Virus record (IMG/VR): IMGVR_UViG_3300032138_000524
Coordinates: 1-64,000 of that record
Reading direction: 5' to 3' (one strand)
Length of the DNA: 64,000 nt
From: a virus
Lineage: Duplodnaviria > Caudoviricetes
Shown: positions 48,870 to 59,137 of the stretch, in pieces
Layout of the letters: every line of letters begins with the position of its first letter
Position numbering within the stretch: the stretch's first letter is position 1
Program-made: the position numbers and the translations under genes
Notes under the pieces: model-generated
What the model saw: the letters and a program-made list of their open reading frames with translations, nothing else
The model's database searches: none
What the model was told of the DNA's origin: nothing

Positions 48870-48910
48870 TAATATTAAAAATTGAATAATTAAAAAAGGA
48901 GACTTATTAA

Positions 48911-50518
48911 ATGAGCTACCAAGCATATACAACATACAACACAAAAGTTACACCACAATCAGAACCAATTCCAGGTTCTAATCAAGTTCCAAATTCCGCA
49001 GGTGGACATTCTTTTGAAGTTGATATATGGACTCGTTTAAATAGATTTCTTATTTTAGGAACTGAAGGTGGAACATATTATATCCGCCAAAAACAATTAA
49101 CAAAAGAGAACGCCAAGTCAATAAAAAAGTGTATTCTGTTAGATGGAAAACGAGTAGTAGATACCGTTATCAATATTTCAGATACAGGTCGTGCAGTTAA
49201 AAACGATCCAGCACTATTTGTTCTTGCAATGTGTGCAGGACTTGGTGATGATTTTACTCGTAAATACGCCTTAACCAATCTACCAAAAATAGCAAGAATT
49301 GGAACTCATTTGTTTCATTTCGCTGGTTATGTAGAACAGTTTAGAGGTTGGGGTCGTGGACTACGAAAAGCTATCGCAAATTGGTATCTGTTAAAAGAAA
49401 CTGATAAGTTAGCATATCAATCTGTAAAGTATCAACAAAGAGATGGTTGGTCACATAAAGACCTATTGAGATTATCTCATCCATCTACACAAGATGCCAA
49501 TAAAGATTTACTATTTGAGTGGGTTACAAAAGGATATAATTCTTCAAAGGAAGATGAATATAAGGATTCACTCAGTATAATTTGGGCCTTCGAGAAGGTC
49601 AAGTCAGTCCAGACAGATGTGGAAGCTGCTAAATTAGTGGAAGAATATAAACTCCCACTTGAGGCAGTTCCTTCTAACCTAAAGACACCTAAAGTTCTGG
49701 AAACAGCATTACCACATTTGGGATTGACAGCTATTATCAGAAACTTAGGTAACTATACCAAACACGGTATTCTCACTCCCCAAAGTGACGCCCTTAAACT
49801 CGTTACTTCGAGAATAACCGATAAGGGGAAATTGCAGAAGGCCCGTATTCATCCATTAAGTGTATTACAGGCAATGCAAACCTATAAGAGTGGTAAAGGA
49901 CTCAAAGGTTCTGGTGAGTGGGAAGTAAACCCACAAATAGTAGATGCTCTTGATGACGCATTCTACTTGTCTTTCGATAATATAATTCCAACTGGTAAAC
50001 GAGTGATGTTATCACTTGATGTATCTTCATCCATGACTTGGGAAGGTTGTGGTGGAATGCCATCAGTAACACCACGAGTTGGTTCAGCTGCAATGGCAAT
50101 GGTTACAATGAGAACTGAAAGTGATTATCTTATAACAGGTTTTACAACTGGATTAGAGATTCTTGATCTTTCTCCGAAAATGAGATTGGATGATGTATGT
50201 GATAGATTGGAAAATCTTGATTTTGGTGGAACTGATTGTTCATTACCAATGTTATACGCACTTGAGAATGACCTCCAGTTTGACGCCTTCGTAGTTTATA
50301 CAGATAGTGAAACTTGGGCAGGTGAAATGCATCCAGTTGAAGCGTTAAAGATGTATAGAAAGAAAACAGGAATTCCAGCAAAACTAATTGTAGTGGGAAT
50401 GGAAGCAAATGATTTTACAATAGCAGATCCAGATGACTCTGGTATGTTAGATATAGTAGGTTTTGATACGACAGCACCTTCCGTGATGTCCGATTTTATC
50501 AGAGAAGATTTACAGTAA
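48911..50518 (+). CDS. Ro60-like TROVE domain RNA-binding protein (TROVE + vWA)
   Basis: QVPNSAGG, RLNRFLILGTEGGTYY, GWGRGLRKAIANWY, KYQQRDGWSHKDLLRLSHP, ARIHP, MIDAS LDVSSSM, GGTDCSLPM, VYTDSETW, GMLDIVGFD. Confidence 0.95.
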   Translation: MSYQAYTTYNTKVTPQSEPIPGSNQVPNSAGGHSFEVDIWTRLNRFLILGTEGGTYYIRQKQLTKENAKSIKKCILLDGKRVVDTVINISDTGRAVKNDPALFVLAMCAGLGDDFTRKYALTNLPKIARIGTHLFHFAGYVEQFRGWGRGLRKAIANWYLLKETDKLAYQSVKYQQRDGWSHKDLLRLSHPSTQDANKDLLFEWVTKGYNSSKEDEYKDSLSIIWAFEKVKSVQTDVEAAKLVEEYKLPLEAVPSNLKTPKVLETALPHLGLTAIIRNLGNYTKHGILTPQSDALKLVTSRITDKGKLQKARIHPLSVLQAMQTYKSGKGLKGSGEWEVNPQIVDALDDAFYLSFDNIIPTGKRVMLSLDVSSSMTWEGCGGMPSVTPRVGSAAMAMVTMRTESDYLITGFTTGLEILDLSPKMRLDDVCDRLENLDFGGTDCSLPMLYALENDLQFDAFVVYTDSETWAGEMHPVEALKMYRKKTGIPAKLIVVGMEANDFTIADPDDSGMLDIVGFDTTAPSVMSDFIREDLQ

Positions 50519-50542
50519 CAAATAAGTAACAAAGGAAAAACA

Positions 50543-50758
50543 ATGAACACAGGTACAGTAAAGTGGTTCGACGCTAAAAAAGGATATGGTTTTATATCTG
50601 ATACGGCGACGGATGGCTCAAAAGACTATTTTGTCCATTTCTCCGAAATTCAAACAGACGGCTTTAAGACTTTAGCAGAAGGTCAAAAAGTTGAATTTGA
50701 AATTGGAGAAGGTACAAAAGGTGCTGTTGCGAAGAATGTTAAATCAGCAACAGAATAA
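50543..50758 (+). CDS. Cold-shock domain protein
   Basis: [15 protein letters not shown] (RNP1), YFVHFSEI (RNP2), [14 protein letters not shown]. Confidence 0.95.
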   Translation: MNTGTVKWFDAKKGYGFISDTATDGSKDYFVHFSEIQTDGFKTLAEGQKVEFEIGEGTKGAVAKNVKSATE

Positions 50759-50778
50759 ATTAAATTTAGCATAAAAAG

Positions 50779-50803
50779 TTGGGTTGTTTTTGTAACAACC
50801 CAA
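50779..50803 (+). terminator. Hairpin/terminator after the cold-shock gene
   Basis: TTGGGTTGTT-tttgt-AACAACCCAA. Confidence 0.6.
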
Positions 50804-50881
50804 TATTTATTATTGTCAACGGTTATACCAATGACAATTAACTAATAACAAATAAAAATAATAATAATAAGGAGATAACAA

Positions 50882-51652
50882 ATGGATATTGAAGCCGTAC
50901 GAAAGCGATTAGCACAGTTACAAACTTCAAGTACTCGCACCACAAACTTGTGGAAACCTCAACCCGGAAAAACACAAATCCGAATTTTACCATACAAACT
51001 AAATACAGATACGCCGTTTATCGAGCTATTTTTTCATTATGATTTAGGTGGAAAGTCTTATCTTTCACCAATCTCATTTGGTCGTCCAGACCCGATTGAA
51101 GAATTTGCCGAGAAACTTAAATCTTCAGGAAATCGTGAAGATTGGCGACTTGGAAAGAAATTGGAAGCAAAACTCAGAACTTTTGCACCAGTTGTAGTTC
51201 GTGGTGAAGAAAATCAAGGATCTAAGTTTTGGGGTTTTGGTAAAACAGTATATCAAGAACTATTATCAATCATAGCAGATCCTGATTATGGTGATATTAG
51301 TGATCCAGTAAATGGACGAGATGTAGTTGTTGAGTTCAAAACAGCCGAAGAAACTGGAGCATCGTTTCCAAAAACTTCTATTCGAGTTAAACCGAATCAA
51401 ATACCAATCACAGAAGATAAAGCAGTTCTAACTACTTTACTTGATGATCAAAAAGATATACGAGAAGTATATAACGAGTTAAGTTATGACGAACTTGCAG
51501 AAGCTTTAGGAGATTGGTTAAACCCAAGTGAAGATGGAGAAGAAAAATCATCCAAAAGTGATCCAGTTCCAGCATCAACATCAACATTAGCAAGTGCAAC
51601 AAGTAATACTACTAATGTTAGTGATGCATTTGATGATCTGTTTAATAAGTAA
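50882..51652 (+). CDS. Single-stranded DNA-binding protein (T4 gp32-like)
   Basis: LWKPQPGKTQIRILP, FWGFGKTVY, YGDISDPVNGRD, acidic C-terminus DAFDDLFNK. Confidence 0.85.
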   Translation: MDIEAVRKRLAQLQTSSTRTTNLWKPQPGKTQIRILPYKLNTDTPFIELFFHYDLGGKSYLSPISFGRPDPIEEFAEKLKSSGNREDWRLGKKLEAKLRTFAPVVVRGEENQGSKFWGFGKTVYQELLSIIADPDYGDISDPVNGRDVVVEFKTAEETGASFPKTSIRVKPNQIPITEDKAVLTTLLDDQKDIREVYNELSYDELAEALGDWLNPSEDGEEKSSKSDPVPASTSTLASATSNTTNVSDAFDDLFNK

Positions 51653-51667
51653 ATAAAGGAGACATAT

Positions 51668-52774
51668 ATGTCTGTATCAGCAAAAGACGAACTTGCACAA
51701 GTTCTTGCCGATAGTCTTAATAAACAGTTCAAGGATACAAAGGTAGCTTATTTTCTCGATGGTTCTAATGCTACTCCAACTGATATCAAGGAATTCGTAT
51801 CTACTGGTTCATCTGTATTAGACCTTGCAATTTCCAACCGTCCAAACGGTGGAGTTGCAGTTGGTCGTATTACAGAAATCAATGGATTGGAATCAAGTGG
51901 TAAATCTCTAATAGGAACTCACATTCTTGCTGAAACTCAGAAAAAGGGTGGTGTTGCAGTCTATATAGATACTGAAACATCAGTTAGTAGAGAATGGTTA
52001 GAAACTATTGGTGTAAATGTTCAAGACTTGTTATATCTTCATGTCGAAACCGTTGAAGATATATTCGAATGTATTGAAAGTATCATTAGTAAGATTAGAG
52101 AATCAGATAGAGAAAGGTTAGTTACAATTCTTGTAGATTCACTTGCAGGAGCATCTACCAAAGTAGAAATGGAAGCCGACTTTGAGAAAGACGGATGGGC
52201 AACGAGTAAAGCGATTATCGTTTCAAAAGCGATGAGAAAGATTACTCAAATGGTTGGTCGTGAGAGAATAGCTCTCGTATTCACCAATCAACTCAGACAA
52301 AAACTCGGAGTAATGTTCGGTGATCCGTGGACTACTTCTGGTGGAAAAGCATTACCATTTCACTCATCAACTCGTATTCGTTTAAAGAATATGGGGCAAA
52401 TTAAAGATACAAGTAAAAATGTATTAGGTATGAAGTGTAGGGCACAGATTATTAAAAATCGCTTGGGTCCTCCACTTCGTCATGCTGACTTTAACTTATA
52501 TTTCGATAGTGGTATTGATGATAAGGGGAGTTGGTTACAAGTATTAAAAGACCACAAACTTCTAAAGATTGCAGGAGCTTGGTATACCTTGAATTTTGAA
52601 GGTAAGGATATCAAATTTCAATCTAAAGATTTTGAGAAAAAATTAGAAGAAACTGATGGACTCCAAGAACACTTGTATGACCAAATCTGTGATGCATCTA
52701 TACTAAAGTATCAATCAGCCGATTTAGGTATTGATGATGTAGTATATACAGATGAAGTAGTCGGTGATGAGTAA
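51668..52774 (+). CDS. uvsX: RecA/UvsX recombinase
   Basis: STGSSVLDLAI, GRITEINGLESSGKS, YIDTE, ILVDSLA, FTNQLRQK, TTSGGKALPFHSSTR. Confidence 0.92.
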   Translation: MSVSAKDELAQVLADSLNKQFKDTKVAYFLDGSNATPTDIKEFVSTGSSVLDLAISNRPNGGVAVGRITEINGLESSGKSLIGTHILAETQKKGGVAVYIDTETSVSREWLETIGVNVQDLLYLHVETVEDIFECIESIISKIRESDRERLVTILVDSLAGASTKVEMEADFEKDGWATSKAIIVSKAMRKITQMVGRERIALVFTNQLRQKLGVMFGDPWTTSGGKALPFHSSTRIRLKNMGQIKDTSKNVLGMKCRAQIIKNRLGPPLRHADFNLYFDSGIDDKGSWLQVLKDHKLLKIAGAWYTLNFEGKDIKFQSKDFEKKLEETDGLQEHLYDQICDASILKYQSADLGIDDVVYTDEVVGDE

Positions 52775-53831
52775 TGAAAAATACCTTTCTATTCTCGATG
52801 AGATAAAGAAACACGGCGGCGATGTAGATTCAACAAATCCCAATGAAAAAATACTGATAATAGATGGCTTAAATACCTTTATTAGAGTGTTTAGTGTTAT
52901 ACCAACTACTAATGATGATGGAATTCACATTGGTGGAATAGTTGGTTTTCTGAAATCAGTAGGTTACGCTATAAAAATGTTGGCACCCACAAGAACCATC
53001 ATAGTATTTGATGGTAAAGGTGGGAGTAATCGTCGCCGTAAAATTTATCCAGAATACAAGGCAAAACGAAGAACAGCAAAAATCCGACTCAATCGTGTAA
53101 ACGATTTTGAGAATATAGAAGATGAGCGTCATTCTATGATGATGCAACTATCACGTTGCGTTGAATACTTAGAATGTCTGCCAGTATCTATCCTTTCCAT
53201 TGATAGTGTAGAGGCGGATGATGTTATTGCCTATGCTGCAAAACAACTCTTACCGAAAAGTAAGGTTACAATCATGAGTACCGATAAGGATTTTTTGCAG
53301 TTAGTAGATGATAGAATATCTGTGTGGTCGCCCACCAAAAAGAAACTATACAAACCTGATATGATAAAAGAAGAATATGGTGTAACACCCAATAATCTTT
53401 TAATGTGTAGAATTTTTGACGGCGACCAATCAGATAATATAAAAGGGGTATTGGGTATAGGAACTAAAACTCTCGTAAAGAATTTTCCTGATCTTAAAGA
53501 TGGTGTCCATTATTCAGTAGATGATATTATCAAAACAGCAGAAAGTAAGAAAGATAGTGGTGATGGTAAATTTTACAACACTATTTTAGAACAAAAAGAT
53601 ACTATGCATATGAACCATAGATTAATGCAGTTACAAGAAGTAGATATAAGTGGTTCAGCAAAACTTAAAACAAATAATATCGTAAATGGTAAAATACAAG
53701 AATTAATAAAATCAAAATTCCAAACAATGTTTATAGAAGATAGGATGTTTGGTGCATTACCTAATATGGATAGTTGGTTAATGACAGTTTGGGCAAAACT
53801 TAATAGATTTGCGAAGATAAACAATGGGTAG
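52764..53831 (+). CDS. 5'-3' exonuclease (T4 RNase H/PolI N-terminal-like)
   Basis: LIIDGLN, VFDGKGG, YPEYKAKR, EADDVIAY, MSTDKDFLQL, GDQSDNIKGVLGIG. Confidence 0.92.
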   Translation: MMSNEKYLSILDEIKKHGGDVDSTNPNEKILIIDGLNTFIRVFSVIPTTNDDGIHIGGIVGFLKSVGYAIKMLAPTRTIIVFDGKGGSNRRRKIYPEYKAKRRTAKIRLNRVNDFENIEDERHSMMMQLSRCVEYLECLPVSILSIDSVEADDVIAYAAKQLLPKSKVTIMSTDKDFLQLVDDRISVWSPTKKKLYKPDMIKEEYGVTPNNLLMCRIFDGDQSDNIKGVLGIGTKTLVKNFPDLKDGVHYSVDDIIKTAESKKDSGDGKFYNTILEQKDTMHMNHRLMQLQEVDISGSAKLKTNNIVNGKIQELIKSKFQTMFIEDRMFGALPNMDSWLMTVWAKLNRFAKINNG

Positions 53832-54006
53832 AAAAAAGAAATATTATACTAAAGAAGAAAAACTTGAAGCTCAACGAAAGTGGCAGATGGACCACTATGA
53901 GCGTAATAAATCCAAAATTCTCAAGAAAGCTAAAGAACGATATAGACTAAAAAAGATAGAAGATAGACGAAAGGAAAAAAGGAGAAAAATGTATGGGGAG
54001 CAGTAA
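53824..54006 (+). CDS. Small basic hypothetical protein
   Basis: 60 aa, Lys/Arg-rich, overlaps both neighbours. Confidence 0.5.
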   Translation: MGRKKKYYTKEEKLEAQRKWQMDHYERNKSKILKKAKERYRLKKIEDRRKEKRRKMYGEQ

Positions 54007-55687
54007 ACTAATCAACGGAGATTGTTTAGAAGAACTGAAAAAACTTGATGATGATTCTATAGACTTACTCTGTACAGACCCACCATACGGATATGGATTT
54101 ATGGGGAAACATTGGGATACATTCCAAGAGAAAAAATCTACAAAATCTCAATCAGTAGGTTGGATGAGTCCTGGTATGAAGAAATCCACATATGGGATGA
54201 AAGAGTTTTTTGTTCCTATTTGGGAAGAGGCATTAAGAGTATTGAAACCAGGAGCATTCTCATTCGTTATGTCTGCACCAAGAAGTGATGTTCAAATGGT
54301 TATGTTACAAACTTTACAAGAATCAGGATTTGATGTGAGTTTCACACCAATTTATTGGACATACGCTACAGGTTTTCCAAAGGCTATGAATATTGGTAAG
54401 GCGGTAGATAAGAGATTGGGTAAAGAACGAGAGGTTATTGGAGTGAAGAAACGAGGTGATGTAGAAGAAGCCAAGAAACGAGGAACTACATTTACTCAAG
54501 CAGAGGCTAACCAAAATAACAAAGATATATTTGGATATGGGGAAGAAGAAATAACATCAGGACCAGCATCAGACGAAGCCAAGAAACTTGATGGAAGTTA
54601 CGCAGGATACCAACCAAAACCAGCGGTAGAAGTAGTAATTGTGGCTATGAAACCATTAGAACAAAAAGGTTATTTAGACCAAGCACTTGATAATCAAAAG
54701 GGAGTAACTTGGTTAGATGATTGTAGAATACCATTTGCAGGAATGAGTGATTCAGAACAATACGAGAGTGATAGAAAAGGATTTATAGAAAGAAGTTCCA
54801 TAGAAGAAGGTTCGGTATATGCTGAAGAATATGGTGGAACATATAATTATGGATTTAAGAAACCGATTAGTAAAGATTTAGAACAATATAATAAGGATAA
54901 TGTAGGTAGTCAGAAAAACTTTGATACTGAGGCAGACGGATTGTCCAGGGGAAATCAACCATCAAGAAAAACCACAAAGAGGAAACCGAGAGAAGAAAAT
55001 ACGGTATTTAAGACAAGTGGATTTAAGAGTGAAGATAATGATACAGCAGAAGCATCACCACTCGGTAGATTTGCAGCAAACTTGTTGGTAAGTGATGATG
55101 TGTTGAATGTTGAAAGTAAAGGTCAGTTAGCACCAACTACTGGTAAAGAACCATCTAATTACAAAGAGAATAATACACATGGTAGTTATTTGGGTTATCG
55201 TAAAGAAATGAAACCAAGAGATGATGGAAATTCATTCAGTAGATATTATAGTTTAGATGCTTGGTGGGAAGATAGGGTTAAGAAATTACCAGAAGAAATA
55301 CAACGGACATTTCCATTTTTGATAGTTCCAAAGGCGAGTAAATCTGAAAAGAATAGTGGATTGGATAAATTTGAGACAAAACAGAAGGATGAAAGAACCG
55401 ATGTAGGTAAGGGCTCTTTTACAGAAAAAGGATTACAGCCAGGTAAAAATATTCATCCAACCGTAAAACCAACAACCTTGATGAGTTACTTAGTTACACT
55501 TGGTAGTCGTAAAGATGATGTTGTATTAGACCCATTTTCAGGAAGTGGAACAACGGGAATTGCTTGTGTGTTTTCAGAAAGGAACTACATACTTATTGAA
55601 AGAGAAAAAGAGTATTTTAAGATACTAAAGGCTCGGATTGAGAAAGCAAAAAATCCAGCAGGATTAGTAGAAAATGAATGGTTTTAA
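53993..55687 (+). CDS. DNA methyltransferase (N4/N6, beta class)
   Basis: GDCLEELK, TDPPY near the N-terminus; HPTVKP and VLDPFSGSGTTG near the C-terminus. Confidence 0.9.
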   Translation: MGSSKLINGDCLEELKKLDDDSIDLLCTDPPYGYGFMGKHWDTFQEKKSTKSQSVGWMSPGMKKSTYGMKEFFVPIWEEALRVLKPGAFSFVMSAPRSDVQMVMLQTLQESGFDVSFTPIYWTYATGFPKAMNIGKAVDKRLGKEREVIGVKKRGDVEEAKKRGTTFTQAEANQNNKDIFGYGEEEITSGPASDEAKKLDGSYAGYQPKPAVEVVIVAMKPLEQKGYLDQALDNQKGVTWLDDCRIPFAGMSDSEQYESDRKGFIERSSIEEGSVYAEEYGGTYNYGFKKPISKDLEQYNKDNVGSQKNFDTEADGLSRGNQPSRKTTKRKPREENTVFKTSGFKSEDNDTAEASPLGRFAANLLVSDDVLNVESKGQLAPTTGKEPSNYKENNTHGSYLGYRKEMKPRDDGNSFSRYYSLDAWWEDRVKKLPEEIQRTFPFLIVPKASKSEKNSGLDKFETKQKDERTDVGKGSFTEKGLQPGKNIHPTVKPTTLMSYLVTLGSRKDDVVLDPFSGSGTTGIACVFSERNYILIEREKEYFKILKARIEKAKNPAGLVENEWF

Positions 55688-55690
55688 TCT

Positions 55691-57055
55691 ATGAGTGATA
55701 AATCAACTTTAACACAATTTGGACACGTTTTTCAGGCCAAGATTATCTCGTCTTTACTATCAGATAAAAAATTTATACAAACTATATCAGATATTTTAGA
55801 ACCAGATTATTTCGATAGTGATGCCAACAAGTGGTTATGTGAAAATATAAGAGATTATTTCTTTGAGTATAAAACTACACCAACTCTTGACGTGATGAAA
55901 GTTAAGATAGATGAGATGGAGAATGAGATTTTACAGGTTTCAGTAGTAGACAACTTAAAAGAAAGTTGGAGAAATGTAGAATCAACAGACTTAAAGTTTG
56001 TCCAAGAACAAACATTAGAGTTTTGTAGAAATCAAGTTATGAAAAATGCCATTATGGATAGTGTTGATTTGATTGAGGTCGGACAATATGACCAAATCAA
56101 AAAAATCGTGGATGAGGCAATGAAAGCTGGTTCAGATAGAGATTTAGGTCATGATTATATTGTTGGTATAGAAGAACGACTTACAAAATCTACAAGAGAT
56201 ACCGTAAAGACAGGTTGGGACCCAATAGACGAAGTTATGGATGGTGGATTAGGTAAAGGTGAATTGGGTGTTGTCGTAGCACCTGCTGGAATTGGTAAAA
56301 CTTGGTGTTTACAAAATATCGGAGCGAATTCAGTTAAGAATGGATTAAATGTAGTTCACTATACATTAGAGTTAAATCAGAATTATGTTGGTTTGAGATA
56401 CGATACAGTTTTTAGTGGAGTTACAACATCAGATATAAAATATTATCAAGATGATGTTAAGAAGAAAATAGATGCACTTAAAGGAACATTATTGATAAAG
56501 TATTTTCCCACCAAAAGTGCTTCAGTTCAAACGTTAACTGCACATCTAAGTCAAATTGAAATACAAGGAGTTAAACCTGATTTAGTATTGGTTGATTACG
56601 CCGATATTTTAAAGGGTGTTGGTTCAGAAAAAAGACACGTTTTAGAAAATATTTATGAAGATTTAAGAGGACTTGCGGGGGAAATTGAATGTCCAATATG
56701 GACAGCTTCACAGGCGAACAGAAGTTCATTGGAAGAAGAAGTGATTGACGCTACAAAAGTTGCAGAAGCTTATTCAAAAGTAATGATAGCAGATTTCGTG
56801 GTATCAGTTAGTAGAAAGGTTGAAGATAAGATTGCAAATACAAGCAGGTTTCACGTTATAAAGAATAGATTTGGTATAGATGGTATAACTTTTCCATCAA
56901 GTATGAATACGAATATTGGTAAAATCCAGATTTACGAATCAACAACTCAGAGTGGACAAGAGGTTCAAGGTAAAATGGATAATAGTCAAGAGTATTTACG
57001 AAAACAACTGGCAAATAAATATAATGCGGAAAAAGATATGGAAGGCTTTGAGTAG
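55691..57055 (+). CDS. Replicative helicase (DnaB/gp41-like)
   Basis: GGLGKGELGVVVAPAGIGKT, YTLEL, LVDYADIL, IWTASQANR, KNRFG. Confidence 0.93.
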   Translation: MSDKSTLTQFGHVFQAKIISSLLSDKKFIQTISDILEPDYFDSDANKWLCENIRDYFFEYKTTPTLDVMKVKIDEMENEILQVSVVDNLKESWRNVESTDLKFVQEQTLEFCRNQVMKNAIMDSVDLIEVGQYDQIKKIVDEAMKAGSDRDLGHDYIVGIEERLTKSTRDTVKTGWDPIDEVMDGGLGKGELGVVVAPAGIGKTWCLQNIGANSVKNGLNVVHYTLELNQNYVGLRYDTVFSGVTTSDIKYYQDDVKKKIDALKGTLLIKYFPTKSASVQTLTAHLSQIEIQGVKPDLVLVDYADILKGVGSEKRHVLENIYEDLRGLAGEIECPIWTASQANRSSLEEEVIDATKVAEAYSKVMIADFVVSVSRKVEDKIANTSRFHVIKNRFGIDGITFPSSMNTNIGKIQIYESTTQSGQEVQGKMDNSQEYLRKQLANKYNAEKDMEGFE

Positions 57056-57129
57056 AAGTCAGTATATATTATATTTATAGTCGGGTGTTACAAAGGAAAT
57101 AATTTTTACAACAAGGAGAAATAGTTTAT

Positions 57130-59115
57130 ATGGAAAAGTTTCAGTTATCGGAAAATTTTATAAATAAGTATAAAAGAAAAAAACCCCCGTTTGGTTTTAA
57201 TGGTTTAGGTGAATTAGTGTATATGAGAACCTATTCTCGTATTAAAGAAAACGGTAAAAATGAAAGATGGTGGGAAACGGTTAAGAGGGTTGTAGAAGGA
57301 ACTTATTCTATGCAAAAGAATTGGATTGATTCTCATCAACTCGGATGGAATCCTTGGCAAGCTCAAGCATCAGCTCAAGAAATGTACGAAAGAATGTTTA
57401 ATATGAAGTTCTTACCACCTGGCCGTGGACTTTGGGCAATGGGAACTGCTATAACAGAAGAAAAGAATCTTTATGCTGCCCTTAATAATTGTGCATTCGT
57501 ATCTACTAAAACACTTAAAGAAGATTACTCAAAACCATTTTGTTTCTTAATGGACGCATCTATGTTAGGTGTAGGAGTTGGTTTTGATACAAAGGGTGCT
57601 GGTGAGATAGTAATAAAGGGAGTTAATACTGATAGAGGAGAAGAAGTATTTAAGATACCTGATACGAGAGAAGGTTGGGTAGAATCATTAAAGTTATTGT
57701 TAGAGAGTTATTTTCATGGAACTGCACCAGTATATTTTGATTACAGAAAGATTAGACCAGCGGGAGCACCAATTAAAGGTTTTGGTGGTGTTTCAAGTGG
57801 TCATGAACCATTAGAAGAAATTCATGATGAAATTAGAAAAGTATTAGAACAAAATAGTAAAGAACCAATTACAGTTACTACAATTGTGGACATAATGAAC
57901 CTTATTGGTAAATGTGTCGTAGCAGGGAACGTAAGACGAACAGCGGAGATTGTGTTCGGTGATCCATTTGATGAGGAGTATTTGGATTTAAAGAATTATC
58001 AAGTCAATCCACATAGAGAACAATATGGTTGGACTTCCAATAATTCAATATATGCAGAACTCGGTATGGATTATACAGAGGTATGTAAGAGGATTAACGA
58101 TAATGGAGAACCTGGATTCGCATGGTTAAAGAATATGAGAAAATTTTCTCGTATGCAAAATGGTGGAGATAATAAAGACCATAGAGTTGCAGGTGGAAAT
58201 CCTTGTTTAGAACAATCATTAGAAAGTTATGAATTATGTTGTTTAGTAGAAACATTTCCGTATAACCATGAAGATTTAGAGGACTATAAAAGGACACTTA
58301 AATATGCTTATCTGTATGCCAAAACGGTAACACTTGGTAAAACTCATTGGAGTGAAACCAATAGAGTTATGTTAAGAAATAGACGAATTGGATGTTCAGT
58401 AAGTGGTGTCGCACAATTTATTACAAAACACGGAATGGATAATTTAAGAAAGTGGTTAGAGAAAGGATATGATACAATACAAGATTGGGATTGTACTTAT
58501 TCTGATTGGTTCGCGGTTCCAAAGTCAATTAAAACCACAAGTGTAAAACCAAGTGGTACGGTTTCACTTTTAGTAGGAGCAACTCCTGGAATGCACTATC
58601 CAGAGTCAAGATTCTACATAAGACGAATGAGGTTGTCAAAACATTCAGAGTTAATAGAACCACTAAGAAAAGCAGGTTACAAATTAGAACCAGCCTTCGG
58701 TTCAGAAGATTCAACGATGGTAGTAGAGGTGCCGGTAGATGTCGGGGAGGGTATTAGAACTGCGGCTGAACTTTCGATTTGGGAACAATTCAGTTTAGCC
58801 GCGTTCTTACAACGACATTGGGCAGATAACCAAGTAAGTTGTACAGCAACATTTGACCCTGAAACAGAGTCCGACCAATTACCACACGTTTTAAATTATT
58901 TTCAATATAGATTAAAAGGTATATCGTTATTACCAAGACATCCATTAGGAGCTTACAAACAAATGCCCTATGAAGCAATTACAGAACAAGATTATGAAAA
59001 ACAAGTTAAAAAACTTGGTTATTTAAGTTTTGTAGGCGTTGAAGGTGAAGAAGCAGAAATAGATAAATTTTGTAACAATGATGTTTGTGATATACCAGAT
59101 ATACCAGAAGCATGA
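57130..59115 (+). CDS. nrdJ: Class II (B12-dependent) monomeric ribonucleotide reductase
   Basis: PPGRGLW, NNCAF, GNVRRTAE, NPCLEQ..ELCCLVE, RRIGCS, TSVKPSGTVS, C-terminal CNNDVC redox pair. Confidence 0.92.
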   Translation: MEKFQLSENFINKYKRKKPPFGFNGLGELVYMRTYSRIKENGKNERWWETVKRVVEGTYSMQKNWIDSHQLGWNPWQAQASAQEMYERMFNMKFLPPGRGLWAMGTAITEEKNLYAALNNCAFVSTKTLKEDYSKPFCFLMDASMLGVGVGFDTKGAGEIVIKGVNTDRGEEVFKIPDTREGWVESLKLLLESYFHGTAPVYFDYRKIRPAGAPIKGFGGVSSGHEPLEEIHDEIRKVLEQNSKEPITVTTIVDIMNLIGKCVVAGNVRRTAEIVFGDPFDEEYLDLKNYQVNPHREQYGWTSNNSIYAELGMDYTEVCKRINDNGEPGFAWLKNMRKFSRMQNGGDNKDHRVAGGNPCLEQSLESYELCCLVETFPYNHEDLEDYKRTLKYAYLYAKTVTLGKTHWSETNRVMLRNRRIGCSVSGVAQFITKHGMDNLRKWLEKGYDTIQDWDCTYSDWFAVPKSIKTTSVKPSGTVSLLVGATPGMHYPESRFYIRRMRLSKHSELIEPLRKAGYKLEPAFGSEDSTMVVEVPVDVGEGIRTAAELSIWEQFSLAAFLQRHWADNQVSCTATFDPETESDQLPHVLNYFQYRLKGISLLPRHPLGAYKQMPYEAITEQDYEKQVKKLGYLSFVGVEGEEAEIDKFCNNDVCDIPDIPEA

Positions 59116-59137
59116 TAAGAATTCACATACCACAAAA

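Noticed and set aside
47225-48870. Repeated motifs considered as a CRISPR array
   Set aside because: Only two or three copies with irregular spacing of hundreds of bp; they are better explained as promoters and paralogous RNAs, and no cas genes are present.
48181-48870. tRNA or tmRNA genes in the structured intergenic region
   Set aside because: No cloverleaf with a GTTCRA T-loop and no acceptor stem with a CCA end could be identified by eye.
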